DNA of 64,000 nucleotides, taken from NCBI GenBank assembly GCA_937625935.1, contig OW569388.1, positions 310,001-374,000 on the forward strand, in the 5' to 3' direction. The DNA is from Tetramitus jugosus (lineage: Eukaryota; Protista; Heterolobosea). A model generated the notes under the pieces. It was given only the letters and a program-made list of their open reading frames with translations, was not told the origin of the DNA and made no database searches. Positions within the stretch are counted from its first letter, which is position 1; each line of letters starts with the position of its first letter. Below are positions 12,113 to 24,197 of this stretch, one piece after another. A program made the position numbers and the translations under genes.

Positions 12113-13297
12113 TTATTCTTCTTCGTGACTCTCTCTGTACACCTCTTCTTCGTGTTCCTCGGCATTCTCTTCACCGTGCACCTCTTCTACTGCTTGCTCT
12201 CCACCATCCAACATATCTTCGGGCAAATACTGCAGAATGATTAGCAATTGATCAACTCCCTCGTCAATTGTGGTGTTGTTCCAAACAGTCTGCAAATTTT
12301 TGGAGACCTTATGAATCTTTTTTGATTGCTTCTCCTTCTTCTTCAACATCTTCTCAATGTCTTCCTCGGACTCGCTTAACCGTTGGCGAATGACATCATC
12401 TTCGGCATTGATCTCTACTACTGTTACAAAACTATTCTTGAATGTCTTCTGTGCATTTCCTAGCGCTTTTTGCGACACACTAGCCACCACAGTCTTGCCC
12501 TTTCCTAACTTCTTTAGAATCTTAAAAGGAAGGGCGCATCTGAGAGTTTTGTCTTCCCATGCAAAACTAAACTTCTCTTGCTGTAACATTTCGTCATATT
12601 CAATCTCTGTAACGCTTTCAAAGTTTTCACCATCCGTATTCTCTCTTGTGATGATTGTCTTTGCAAAGTAGAAGCTCTTGTTGTCTCCAATGGTTTTCTT
12701 GGCTCCATGAATCAAGGTGCTCCTTCCTACCCCTCTAGGTCCCACAACCAAGAACAATTGACCTACAGGCTCCTCACAATATTCTTCTTCTTCTTTTTCT
12801 TCCTTCTTTTTCTTGTCTTTCTTATCTTTCTTCTCATCGCCCTTCTCTTTTTTATCTTTTTTGTCCTTCTTGTCTTTCTTATCCTTCTTGTCCTTCTTCT
12901 TTTCGTCCTTCTCGGACTTCTCTTCCTTTAATTCTTCGAGCTCATTGACAGCTTTTTCTACGTTGTCTATGACTTCTTGATCATGTACAACTTCTTTTGG
13001 CTCTTCATCATCCTCATGATGTTCCTCATCACCCTTCTCCTTCTTTTCTTTCTTTTCTGATTTGTCTTTATCCTTCTCCTTCTTGTCTTTCTTCTCTTTC
13101 TTGTCTTTATCGTCTTTCTTTTCCTTCTTTTCCTCCTTGTCTTTCTTCTCGCCCTTCTCTTTCTTATCCTTCTTATCCTTCTTGTCATTCTTCTCTTTCT
13201 TCTCGCCCTTCTCACTGTGTTGATCACCATCTACTGATGGTTCATGTGGCTCAAGTGGCTCTGTTTCATGTCTCTCAATCGATGCTCCACAACCCAT
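12113..13297 (-). CDS. N-acylated (MGCGAS) K/D/E-rich protein with a PhnN/guanylate-kinase-like P-loop domain
   Basis: MGCGAS start; KKDK repeats; GQLFLVVGPRGVGRSTLI...ITRE...ENFESVTEIEY...FSFAW...VVASVS is colinear with PhnN ribose-1,5-bisphosphokinase motifs. Confidence 0.7.
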   Translation of the reverse strand: MGCGASIERHETEPLEPHEPSVDGDQHSEKGEKKEKNDKKDKKDKKEKGEKKDKEEKKEKKDDKDKKEKKDKKEKDKDKSEKKEKKEKGDEEHHEDDEEPKEVVHDQEVIDNVEKAVNELEELKEEKSEKDEKKKDKKDKKDKKDKKDKKEKGDEKKDKKDKKKKEEKEEEEYCEEPVGQLFLVVGPRGVGRSTLIHGAKKTIGDNKSFYFAKTIITRENTDGENFESVTEIEYDEMLQQEKFSFAWEDKTLRCALPFKILKKLGKGKTVVASVSQKALGNAQKTFKNSFVTVVEINAEDDVIRQRLSESEEDIEKMLKKKEKQSKKIHKVSKNLQTVWNNTTIDEGVDQLLIILQYLPEDMLDGGEQAVEEVHGEENAEEHEEEVYRESHEEE

Positions 13298-13579
13298 TGT
13301 TGTTGTTGTTAATATCTCTGATGTCTTTGTTCCTTGTGATGGATAGATGACTCTGAGAATTTTTTCGCTGTCATCCGAGCTGAAATACTGTAACAGTCGT
13401 AACCGACCGCCGTGTTTTGTTCCTATGTTCCAAACGGTTATCGGTTATACGAACATCAGAAGAGTCATGATCGCCGCGGATTTTGGACAAATGAAGTACA
13501 TGCACTCAAAGTACATGTCCTTGTTTATTTTAGTAGTAGGTTATATCAGGGGTATAGCTCTGATCAGTAATTAAGTAGT

Positions 13580-16500
13580 TTACAACAAGTTAACGGCGAC
13601 GGTCATCAAAGTGATAAGGAGAGTAACAATACCAGCCTTTAGCATGTGTGCACCGCCAATGGAGCAAGCAATTGGGTCCCTGTCGAATCCAGGAGGACAT
13701 GTGCAAGTTCCAGACTTTCTGTCACATGTTCCTCTTCCACTGCAGTTGTTTGGACATCTTCTGTATTCGCATGTCTGACCAGTGAATCCAGTTTGGCATG
13801 AACATCTACCTCTGGTCAAATCACAGGTTCCTCTACCACGGCAGTTTGGATCCTTGCAACCGAGCAGAGAGCAGTCAAAACCAATGAAACTCTGTCCACC
13901 GACACCAGTGCTCGAGTAACAGTTGCACACACCTTGTACATAATCGCAAGCACCTCTGCCGGTACAGGCGTTAGGGCAAGCTCTCTTACCAACGAGAATG
14001 AGAGAGTGATCGTAACCAGCAGACACATCCAAACCAATGTGACCATCAGGAATGGTGAGTTCCACAAAGCCGTATCGAGTGACAGTGTCACCGAGACCCA
14101 ATTGACCCTTGTCGTTTCTTCCACTGACATATACTCTTCCGTCAGTCATCAAAATCAAAGTATGAGCACCACCTCCGGTTGCAGTAGACACGTAAAGCAC
14201 GGATCCAGTGAGACCAGTCACTTGAGTTGGAGTCTTGACAGTGGTGGTTGAATTACCGAATCCAAGTTGACCATCAGCGTTGCTGCCAGAAGCCCACAGA
14301 GTACCGTCTTGCAACAGGAAGAAGGAGCACTTGGTTCCAGCAAACACCTTGGAAACAGCACCGAGAGAAATTGGCATCCACTGAGAACTGTACAGAGCAA
14401 CAACGAAGCCAGCTCTGCCATCAGTGTTGTCACCAGCACCCCATGCAGTATTGTTCTTGTCAACGTAGAGACTGTGCCAATCTCCGACAGCAATCTTCTT
14501 TGCCGATTGAGTTTGAAGCAGAGTACTACGTTCAATGAGACTAGGACCAGCGCCCAATTGACCCACACGTCCATCACCACACACATACATCTCATAAGCA
14601 CTGGCATCAGTTGTTGCATCACCGAGTGCAAACGTGTGACGTCCACTGACTGCATACTCGCGAATCTTTCTGTTTCTTGTCAAGATACTACCAATATGGT
14701 ACACTGGAGCATACGTTCCGTTCAAGTACTGATATCCCAATTGATACTGTTGATTGCTGCCCCAGGAACCAGCTTGAGTGCTATCATTGTACAACACAAA
14801 GAACGTAGTTGGAGTAAATGGATAGGACACAGCAGCAGAGTGTGAAGTAGCAGAACCGTCAGTGGCACCGAATGCAATGCTAGTGACGTTGACTCCCTTC
14901 AATCCGTTGAACTCTTTTGGAGCAAAGACGTGAAGCTTTGACTCACCATTGGTCAAGAAGGCGTTTGGATATCTCTGAGCGCCCCACAAGAACAATTTTC
15001 CGCTAATTCTAGCAATGGCGCCAGAAACGGAATAACCAGCAACAATCTTCTCAATCATCATCTCTTCCTTGTCATCAGAGTACACGTTGATGACAGCAGG
15101 TGAGAGAACGTTGACGAGAGGACCAGGCAATCTTACGACATCTCCTTGAACATAAAGCTTTTGATCACTTGTGAGAACAAAGAGATTGCTGTCAAGAGAT
15201 TGAATGGTGGTGCCGTTAGGGAACGTTTGACCAGAAATCTTTGTCCAAGAGGAGAGATAAGCTGGTGGTAAGCTATCATAACTGTTCAACACACCCAAGC
15301 TACCAAAAGTGTTGTTACCAACAACCCAAATCTCATCCAAATGAGCAGACGAGTCCAAAACGACCACGCTCAACGAAAATCGACCAAGACTGACTTGTGC
15401 AATGTGTTGATTGGCGCCCAAGGTCACACCCGTAAAGGTGGTGGGTGTGTGCACGGAAGTAGCAGCGGAATTTCCAATTTGAGAGTTCAAATTGGCGCCC
15501 CAGAAATAAAATTGATTGGTGCTGTCAACGGCTACCGTAGTGCTACCCTTGGTAGACACGTGCTTGACGGTCTTTCCTGTCAATAGCTCTTGAGGTGAGT
15601 CATAAATGTTGGTCGAAGTTTGACCCAAGCCCAAAGTTTGACCCTTTGTATCCGAACCACAACCATACAACTTTCCAGTTGTTGTCAAAATGATTGTAAA
15701 TTGATTACCACCAGTCACCTTTTGAATCGTCTTGTCTGCACCATGCGTGCTCAACACGTCAACTGGAGTGTATCTGCTGACTGTCGAATCAGAATTATTT
15801 CTACAGAATTGACCCAATGAATTATCACCAAACGCGTAGCTATCGCCTTGATCATCAACCACAAATGTGCCGTTACCCACAGCCCACGCATTCACAAAAT
15901 GGTAGCTCTCCAAATCCGGTGCTCTCTGTGGTGTAACGACATAGCTAGAATCAGCATACGTTGCATTATCACCAATACCCAACTGACCATACTGTTGAGA
16001 ACCAAACACAACGACTCTACCCAATCCAGTAATAATCAAAGTATGAGCTCTACCACATGCCAACGACAATACAGATGAATCATTGACTGTTTCACCTGAT
16101 TTTTTCAAATTGTTGATATTGACCAAAAATTGGAACGGATAATTTTTGCCGCTCTTTAATCGATCACCAGAAACTCCGTGAGCTTGAGAACCGTGACCCC
16201 ACGTATACACGTTCAATTTGGTGTCAATGAGCACACCATGAAACTCGTATGGATCAAAATTGGCTGGACTCGTATCCGTACTACCAATCAATGATTCATA
16301 ATCATTGGTCGAGTCATGATTCACGACACAAGTTTTCAAGACTTTGGCTGTTGGGTCCCTCAGGTATTTTGTAGTGTCGAACGACCACAGTGTAGTAGAA
16401 TCTTCCAATCCCAATTGACCATACTTGTTGTTACCGAAACCCATGAGAATACGAGTGTTGTTGACAGTTTGAACTACTGCTGCATGAACATTGTTGAAGA

Positions 16501-16582
16501 GTGAGAGAGTAGTGAGTAATAGTAGTAGTATACTTAGTGCATATGGCAAAAAGGATGATGATTTTCTTTTGTTCATCATCAC
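13580..16582 (-). CDS. Cell-surface protein with RCC1-like repeats and tenascin-type EGF repeats, C-terminal TM/GPI signal
   Basis: Signal peptide; many GxNxxGQLG repeats; CPNNCSGRGTC EGF repeats; hydrophobic C-terminus. Confidence 0.85.
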   Translation of the reverse strand: MMMNKRKSSSFLPYALSILLLLLTTLSLFNNVHAAVVQTVNNTRILMGFGNNKYGQLGLEDSTTLWSFDTTKYLRDPTAKVLKTCVVNHDSTNDYESLIGSTDTSPANFDPYEFHGVLIDTKLNVYTWGHGSQAHGVSGDRLKSGKNYPFQFLVNINNLKKSGETVNDSSVLSLACGRAHTLIITGLGRVVVFGSQQYGQLGIGDNATYADSSYVVTPQRAPDLESYHFVNAWAVGNGTFVVDDQGDSYAFGDNSLGQFCRNNSDSTVSRYTPVDVLSTHGADKTIQKVTGGNQFTIILTTTGKLYGCGSDTKGQTLGLGQTSTNIYDSPQELLTGKTVKHVSTKGSTTVAVDSTNQFYFWGANLNSQIGNSAATSVHTPTTFTGVTLGANQHIAQVSLGRFSLSVVVLDSSAHLDEIWVVGNNTFGSLGVLNSYDSLPPAYLSSWTKISGQTFPNGTTIQSLDSNLFVLTSDQKLYVQGDVVRLPGPLVNVLSPAVINVYSDDKEEMMIEKIVAGYSVSGAIARISGKLFLWGAQRYPNAFLTNGESKLHVFAPKEFNGLKGVNVTSIAFGATDGSATSHSAAVSYPFTPTTFFVLYNDSTQAGSWGSNQQYQLGYQYLNGTYAPVYHIGSILTRNRKIREYAVSGRHTFALGDATTDASAYEMYVCGDGRVGQLGAGPSLIERSTLLQTQSAKKIAVGDWHSLYVDKNNTAWGAGDNTDGRAGFVVALYSSQWMPISLGAVSKVFAGTKCSFFLLQDGTLWASGSNADGQLGFGNSTTTVKTPTQVTGLTGSVLYVSTATGGGAHTLILMTDGRVYVSGRNDKGQLGLGDTVTRYGFVELTIPDGHIGLDVSAGYDHSLILVGKRACPNACTGRGACDYVQGVCNCYSSTGVGGQSFIGFDCSLLGCKDPNCRGRGTCDLTRGRCSCQTGFTGQTCEYRRCPNNCSGRGTCDRKSGTCTCPPGFDRDPIACSIGGAHMLKAGIVTLLITLMTVAVNLL

Positions 16583-16975
16583 TATTTTTTTTTGTTGTTG
16601 TTGTTATTTGAGGAGGTGATGATGTAAAAAGTTTGTTTTTTGTTTGTTTTGTGTTTGGAGGGTTGCAAAAGGATTTTTTGTCGTTGCTGTATGCTTGATT
16701 GTGCTTGTGAAAGAAGAAGGGTTAATTTATCAACAGACAACGTCAAATGTCAGACCACGACACCAATCATCATCTGAAATACCCCGATGATTGGTGCAAG
16801 GATTCACCGATGTTTGAATTATTCCTCTGTGATTGCGGAGAAAAAAATCATGAGAATGAGGAAAGATCCGCACCTGGGTGGTCGGTTGACTGGATTTCAC
16901 TTTGAGAGGTCTATTTTTTGTGTGCAATACAATTGGAAGGAACATAAAATCAAGAAAGGTCAGATCAAGCAAAAC

Positions 16976-17916
16976 ATGAATATCATTGTGGCTTCTTTGA
17001 CCGTGTTTCAACTCGTGGGAGCTTCATGCAGCTTTCTGATTGACTTTATCCTTGCGATTTATGGTATCGTTCTGCTGAAGAAGGTTGCTGCTCCTTTCTG
17101 TTCTTCTCCTGTTCAAAAGAACATAACTGCATTGATTGTTTTTGAATTTTTTAGCATGGTGTTGTCCATTGTGCGAGTTTGTCTTTTGGCGTTCGGTAAG
17201 TCAAATATGTTGTTAGCTAGTGTTCTGTAATGTTCTCACCTTTTTGGTTGATCAATAAAAAACTAACTGATTCAATAGAATACAAGAGAAACCAGAGAAG
17301 AGAAACCAAATCGACCATTCAGAGTCAATTGTACAGTTCTATGACTTGGGGATGCAAGGCCGTTGCAGCAGACTTACCTAAACTGATTATTTTGATATTG
17401 TTAACTGTGAACAAGTCAGATGCTTGCACAAACGGAAAAGAAAGAAACATTGATCGATACACAACAGTGTATTGGTCATTCTTCGCTGTTGGAGTCGCAT
17501 TAGGAGTCTTTTTGTTGTGCAGTGCCGCTTTCGTGCGTATTGTTATCAGAGATTATGAAGCTGATGATTCGGACACTCAACCAAAAATCATTGCTCAGGC
17601 AACTCGATTGAAACGAAGGTTTTCCCACAAACATGATGAAAGTGGAGATCGTGGAGTTAAGCGCAGTCAACCCATCAAAAATCTGATGTTGAGATTTGCG
17701 TCTTCTCCTGCTCACGGTATTTACAATGCTGATACCTCATCCTCGAGCGACAACCCAGACAGAATCAATGTCCAAATAGTCGAACGAGAAGTGAAAATGG
17801 ATCCAACAATCGTGACAGACTTGAATCTGGACGAACTCAGTTTTGCTCATCAAAACAAGCGACGAGCAAGTTTTACAGAGACAGATTTGTCTACACTGCC
17901 CACTTCCCCTCCATGA
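16976..17916 (+). CDS. Multi-pass membrane protein, 2 exons (16976-17195, 17279-17916)
   Basis: Intron GTAAG...CTAAC...TAG (17196-17278) joins the two ORFs in frame (F-E-YKRN); about 4 hydrophobic segments. Confidence 0.7.
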
Positions 17917-18134
17917 AAACTATGGAAGTGAGAGTGAGAATGTTATGGTTCTTGTCCCTCAACTGTAAAAAACCAGGTGAGATAAAAATAGTCATCTGCA
18001 AGTGTTGCCAGATCTTCAAAAAAAGATTGAGCAGATGTTATCATGATTTCAAACAACACCAACACCATCAAAAAAACCAATACCAAACTCTGAGAGTCAG
18101 ATTAACAGATAACATAACACTACTTGTAGAAATA

Positions 18135-18937
18135 ATGAAAAACACCCTATCACCAACTGGCAAGAACAGAGTCTGTTGTAGACAATTAGTCTTACTGTTC
18201 GTTGCACTCTTTTTTGTTTGTTTTTTAAGTTCTGATCGGTATACTGCCGTACAGGCTTTGAAAGCCGAATTTCGAATCAACCAGGAAATGTGCTTCTTTG
18301 AGAATTTAAATCCCAAGGGACAAGTTGTCGTTCGTTTCAAGTTTCCAGGTATGGGAACTCAGGGATATCCTCACAGCATCTACGTTTCAATTGTAGATCC
18401 ACTTGGAAACGTTGTTCTTTCTCAAGCAAAGACTGAACCTGAAGCCCAAATATACTATTTGGCAACAGAGAGAAATGCAGGTGAATTCAAGATTTGTATG
18501 ACACCTAAAGCGGCCACTAGTTTCTCATTTTCTGCCAGTCCTGTTTATCGTGTCGATGTGGATGTGGGAGTTGATGACGATGCCATTCATTATGACAAGT
18601 TGGAGTCTCGAGACCGCCTCGAAAGTATGTTCCCTTCATTTGTTCATTCAGTTTTCAGGGAGTATTTGTTTTTGTTCAAGCACTCTAATCCTTGCATTGT
18701 TGTCATCCTTGTTTAGAAATGTCCGGTTTATTGGAGAAATTAAAGGACAAATTACAATATATTGAGGAAGATCAATCTTACTTCAAGACGAGAGAAGAGA
18801 GGTTCAGGATCACATCAGAATCCATTGCATCAAGAACTTTGTGGTACAGTTTGGCAATGATTTCACTCTTGGGTTCCTTGGGTACGTGGCAGGTCTTCAC
18901 GATGAAAAACTTTTTCCACACCAAAAAAATGGCTTAA
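18135..18937 (+). CDS. p24/emp24/gp25L (TMED) GOLD-domain cargo receptor, 2 exons (18135-18624, 18717-18937)
   Basis: Signal peptide; EMCFFE...GEFKICM; coiled coil; REERFRITSES; TM; tail KNFFHTKKMA; GTATGT...TTTAG intron. Confidence 0.9.
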
Positions 18938-19070
18938 GATTGTGGGAATGAATAAAAAGTTCTTAACGGAGTATCTCTTAAAGGATAAATTGGAAACACT
19001 TCTTTTCCCTGACTCTTGACTGGTTGACCAGAAAAAGGGAAAAACACACATCAAAAAAGGTCTGTTTCAG

Positions 19071-22000
19071 ATGCCCCTCCATGGAGATCAACAACCACAA
19101 GAACAAGGACTAGTGGATCATTTGGTGGCAGTTCCGAATACACGACAACATACCACTCAGCTACTCTCAAACATACATCAACATCGATTACTAACTCCTC
19201 CATTGGCTCTACTCCAACCTTCAAATCCCCTTCATTTGCAAGCCAGTGGTGAGAATGGAGTCCGATCAGACGTGGCACAGTCACAAGCATCAGGCCATCT
19301 CCTCTTGGCAGCCTTTTTGGACAAGGTGCCACCTCCAACTCGATCTTTCTTTCCTTGAGCAAGTGCGAAGGATGTGGAACAAAGGAAGCCACAATTCAAC
19401 TGACAAAACAACCCGATAATTTTACCCAAAATCTTTGTCCGTCTTGCACCAAAGAAAAGAACCCTCAAACTGGTACTCGAAGTAAACAGGTTTCTGACAC
19501 ATTCAAATGTCTAGGATGTGATCAGATTTTTGATTCTTTCGATAAAGTAAGGAAAAGACAAAATCATGTGCCCCACCTCGGGAAGAAAGGAGATTGTCCC
19601 TTGGTGGCTGATAAAAAACAAAAGGTAAGCTCTGGTTCTTCTCGCGCAAGCACAGTAAGTACAGTCAATGGAAACAAGAGATCAAGTAGCAGCACAACTG
19701 ATAGATCAAGTAAGCGACAAAAAATTCCTTCTGTTCCACATTTACAGTTCTTATTGGAGCAACTAACATTTGAATGCGAAGAAAAACTTCGATTTAACAA
19801 CCCACGTCAATTTGCTCACCTGTTCTTTCCGAAAACAATTGCAATTCATTTGAGTCCGGATCATAGAGAGCCGCAATACTCAATTCTTCATGAATTCTTT
19901 CCGAAGCTCGACGATATACAGATAGTGGCTGCCGAAGAAACAACATTTATGTTGAAGAATGATGAATTAACCATGATCATTGCTCTTCCCTCTTGGCCCA
20001 AACCGGAGGAAGGAGATATCGCCAAAGTCAACATTCAAGTAAAGTTCACAGATTCTCGGAAAACAATCAAAAGTCAAAATGGAAAATTGACTCACATCAA
20101 TCGCCACAATTGCCCAGCAGATATAACCTTTCAGAAAGATGAAGCAGGTACTTTGAACACAATCGCCGCTTCAGTAAATCAGGCACCATTGATTGATTTG
20201 AGTAATTTATTTGAGCCTGATGAGTTAACGAACTTCCGTCCACTTGGGTCATTGGATGCTAGAGGATTCACAGATATAGAATTCAGCACGGCTAACTTTG
20301 ACTATGGAGATTTGGAAAGAGCTCTGCAATCAAATAAGTTCAATTTGAATACTAAAGACAACTTGGGGTACACCAAAGAGTTTTGGTGTCACTACTTCAA
20401 AAATAGGAAAGCACTTGAGATGATTCAAGATGCAAAGATTAGAAACATGAATCTTTCTCGATTATGTGATTTGGACAGTATTGTTTTGAACATTTTATCC
20501 TTCATTAATTGTGGATTCACCTTGAACTTTGCTCTTCATGATGACTCAATCTATAGTTATTTAACAAATAGAAATCAATATTCGTCATCATCACAATCGA
20601 AGATCAATCCATACAAAACACTCTTTGGTCGATTAAAGTCAGGAAACATCCACATGTTATACTCTGATCAACCAATTATTGGTCAAAGTACCATTGTCAG
20701 TGCTGCTGAATTGAATATCATAGAGAAGGAGCACGATTTTCTTGACTTTGGTCTCCCACATTGGGTTATTCACCTTATTTGCTCTGAAGCAAGTTCGAAG
20801 CTCATCATGTGGCTGAAATCAACTATGAAAGAACTGGTGAACGAAATGAAGGTGATTGGTTGCGGCAATGGATCTGACCAATGCAAACATCACAAAGATT
20901 TGTCACAATCTGTCACATACGACTTTGGTTATCATTCTACTTTGAACTTGGATGATCTGAGCACTTCTGTTCACACGCTCCAACTCGTTCATTCTTATGC
21001 CGGTCTTGTGCAGTTGGAAGGCAGTGCACCTGAGAATCTCACTCGTGTAATTTTGGGTCCTCACTTTCATATTGATGATTCATTGGATGTGGAACAACTC
21101 GCTACTTGTTGTAGTAAGCTTCGACATCTTGAGCTTGGTGATGTTACATTCGAAGATGAACAAACGATCAATTATTTTTGGGAGGTTGTTGGAGGAACAG
21201 CACCAAATTTGAGAAATGTCTCAATCGATCTGACATGTCAGAATGAATCCGCGCAAGCATCTCATATTGAGAACTTATTGTCGAATTGTCCTTTCGTGCA
21301 AAATCTATCAGTTGTCACACATCAAGGAACCTCGGCGGTTAGTGCATTGGTGAAACAGTACAGCCCCGATACAATGATCAATAGTATAGAGTTGAAGTAT
21401 GGGTCATGTGATGAAGAAACATTGAACAAGTTTATGATCTTGTACGGAAATATGTGTCAGGTAGAGTGCAAAATGGTGATATGGATTAAATCTAATGATG
21501 TTGTGTCAGAGCAAGCATCACTGAGTATTGCCCACCTTAATGATTCATTCCTAGGATTGAAAAATGTTGGAGGAGAACCCTTGCCTAGATCACTGCTTCA
21601 ACTACCAGAGGATCACAAAAATCGAATTGACAAAGGGTATGACAAAACAATTCCAACACAATTTCTCACCAATAATCAACACGAATTTACAAGTATGGAA
21701 ACAGGAAGTTCTTGTTCTCCATTAGGAGATCTCACTTCAGAAGAGAAAGCTCATTTTCAATACATTGAACACTTGCTCCCAATGTTCAGACAAAAACACC
21801 CTGACATGATTAAAAATCTTGTTCTGAGGGAAGTCGAGCTGTTTTCTCAAGAGAATGACATGTGTTGTCTTGAGGTTTTAGAATCCATTCGAAAAGGTGC
21901 TGCTGCTCGTGAGCCAATGCTCATAGCAAATCCACATGACTCAACCTCACTGTTGCCATCAGCTATTCAGTTTTTAGAGAATACTGGCACAATTTCTAAC

Positions 22001-22432
22001 TACTTGAATGAACAATCCTCACAGATGAGAATCAATAGTTTGAGTATGGAAATATTAAACTGTAAACGCGAACCAAAGAGAAGAAGAAGTGAAGTGGAAG
22101 ATGAAGATGAAGATCAGGCTTTACAACCAGAAAAGAAGAGATCAAAGGAGGTGTTTTATGTACAGGCCGTTGTGGATGATGTACGTGTGGATGATTTAGT
22201 CACCAGGAAACAACTTGCAAACATTTCTGAAAGATGCTGTAGACAGGAAAGGTGTGATAATTACGAGAGAGAAACGAAACTAGACGCTTACGTAATTATT
22301 AAGGACGAAAACGAGATTAACCGTCTTGTGCGTACTTATCCCACCATTTCAAATCAATTCAATACTAACAATTCAAAAGAATTGAAATTGTATCACAAAG
22401 CATACTTTATGTGGTGTGCTGAAGGAAATTAA
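19071..22432 (+). CDS. Large hypothetical protein with N-terminal zinc-finger motifs and an F-box-like/LRR-like region; frame break near 19355
   Basis: CEGC...CPSC and FKCLGCDQIFDSF...H; LDSIVLNILSFI; LRR-like LRHLEL/LRNVSI/VQNLSV. The upstream 95-aa ORF would join through a frameshift or a short intron. Confidence 0.55.
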
Positions 22433-22988
22433 TGAACGTAATACTGTGAATTCTCGGTTACAAGCAACACTTTCGTGCTTTGTGATTTCTCTGCGGCGGA
22501 GGTTCGGGCTTCTTTATTTGGGCCCGTTGACAGCAACATTGAATTCTCTCTGGGGTATACAAAAACACACTTGGATGATTAGAGTCATCCACACGTTGTC
22601 ATTAAACAAGTTCTGAGTCAAAGATGCAATACTTGGTAGAGTTTCATCTTGGAGTCTCTTCCAGTAGATGATTTCGGTTGTTGTGTGTATTGGTTCAGAG
22701 AAGACAGGGGACCTTCAGCTTTTAAAAAGGAGAGGACAAAGTTTTTCCGGGCTAATTTTGTCGCCAAACAGATGCTGTTGCTAGTAAGCGAGTGTTGCTT
22801 GTAACCGAGAATTCACAGTACTCAAAGTCCGGAAAATTGGAACATTTTCCAGGAGAATATTCTTCTCTGACCAGCAATCAAAATAAAGCCACAAATCAAA
22901 AAAGCTCCCAAAGCTCAAACACAACAATTTTTTTTAATAAAAAAAACAAAATCAGAACAAAAAAACAACAACAATCAACCAAACAATC

Positions 22989-24197
22989 ATGTCACAAGAC
23001 AGCGCCTACATTATCGACTGCATAAGAACTCCCATTGCCATTGGTAAACCCACTGGTGCTCTTCACAACATTCACCCAGTGACTCTTCTCTCTCAAGTAC
23101 TCGATGCAGTGACTAACCGTGTCGACGTGAACAAGGCACTCGTCGAAGATGTCATTTGTGGTTGCGTTACCCCACTCAAGCAACAAGGCTCCAATATTCC
23201 CCGACTTGCCCTTCTCAAGGCGAATTTCCCCGTCTCCGTCCCCGCCGTACAATTAAACCGAATGTGCGGATCGGGACAACAAGCCGTACATTTTGCCGCT
23301 CAGGGCATTGAAAGCGGAGATAATGAAGTGGTGATTGGATGCGGCATTGAAATGATGTCTGTGGTTCCAATGGGCGCTGACGCTGATCCATTGCTCTTCT
23401 CAATGAACCCAGAAGATCAACACAAGCTTGGTTTTGCACCATTCCCACACAAGCTCGTCCATCAGGGATTGAGTGCTGATTTGATTGCTGAAAAGTATGG
23501 CATTTCAAGAGAAGAGCTTCATCAATTTGCTGCTGAATCTCACAAGAGAAGCTTTGAAGCCAATCAAAAGGGAATTTTCAAGAGAGAAATTTTGCCTGTT
23601 CGCGTCACCAAGGGCGACAAGCAAGTTTGGTTCACTCAAGACGAAGGCATTCGCTATCCTGTCGACACACAAAAGCTCGCCAGTTTGCCCACCATTTTTA
23701 GAAAGAACGGTTGGATCAACGCTGGTCACGCCAGTCAAATCTCCGACGGCGCTGCCGCCGTTTTGCTCATGAGCGGAAGAAAAGCGGATGAGCTTGGTTT
23801 GAAAAAGCGCGCGAGAATTGTGGCCAAGAGAACCATTGGTTGCGATCCAGTTATGATGTTGGATGGTGTCATTCCTGCAACGCGTGCTGCCCTACAGAAA
23901 GCAAACATGTCAATTGATCAGATTGATGTGTTTGAAGTCAATGAGGCTTTTGCGAGTGTTGTGCTTGCTTGGGCCAAGACTTTTAATGTGCCAAGAGAGA
24001 AGATTAATGTCAATGGTGGTGCCATTGCTCATGGTCATCCATTGGGTGCCACTGGTGCTGTATTGATCACAAAGCTTGTTCACGAGCTTGAAAGATCCAA
24101 CAAGAGATTTGGTTTGGTTACCATGTGTATTGGACACGGTGCTGCTGTTGCCATGATTATCGAGAACTGTTCCTATAATCCAAGTGCAAAGCTCTGA
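22989..24197 (+). CDS. Acetyl-CoA C-acyltransferase (thiolase) with a C-terminal PTS1-like AKL
   Basis: NRMCGSG catalytic Cys; NEAFA; GGAIAHGHPLGATG; CIGHG; ends in SAKL. Confidence 0.93.
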   Translation: MSQDSAYIIDCIRTPIAIGKPTGALHNIHPVTLLSQVLDAVTNRVDVNKALVEDVICGCVTPLKQQGSNIPRLALLKANFPVSVPAVQLNRMCGSGQQAVHFAAQGIESGDNEVVIGCGIEMMSVVPMGADADPLLFSMNPEDQHKLGFAPFPHKLVHQGLSADLIAEKYGISREELHQFAAESHKRSFEANQKGIFKREILPVRVTKGDKQVWFTQDEGIRYPVDTQKLASLPTIFRKNGWINAGHASQISDGAAAVLLMSGRKADELGLKKRARIVAKRTIGCDPVMMLDGVIPATRAALQKANMSIDQIDVFEVNEAFASVVLAWAKTFNVPREKINVNGGAIAHGHPLGATGAVLITKLVHELERSNKRFGLVTMCIGHGAAVAMIIENCSYNPSAKL

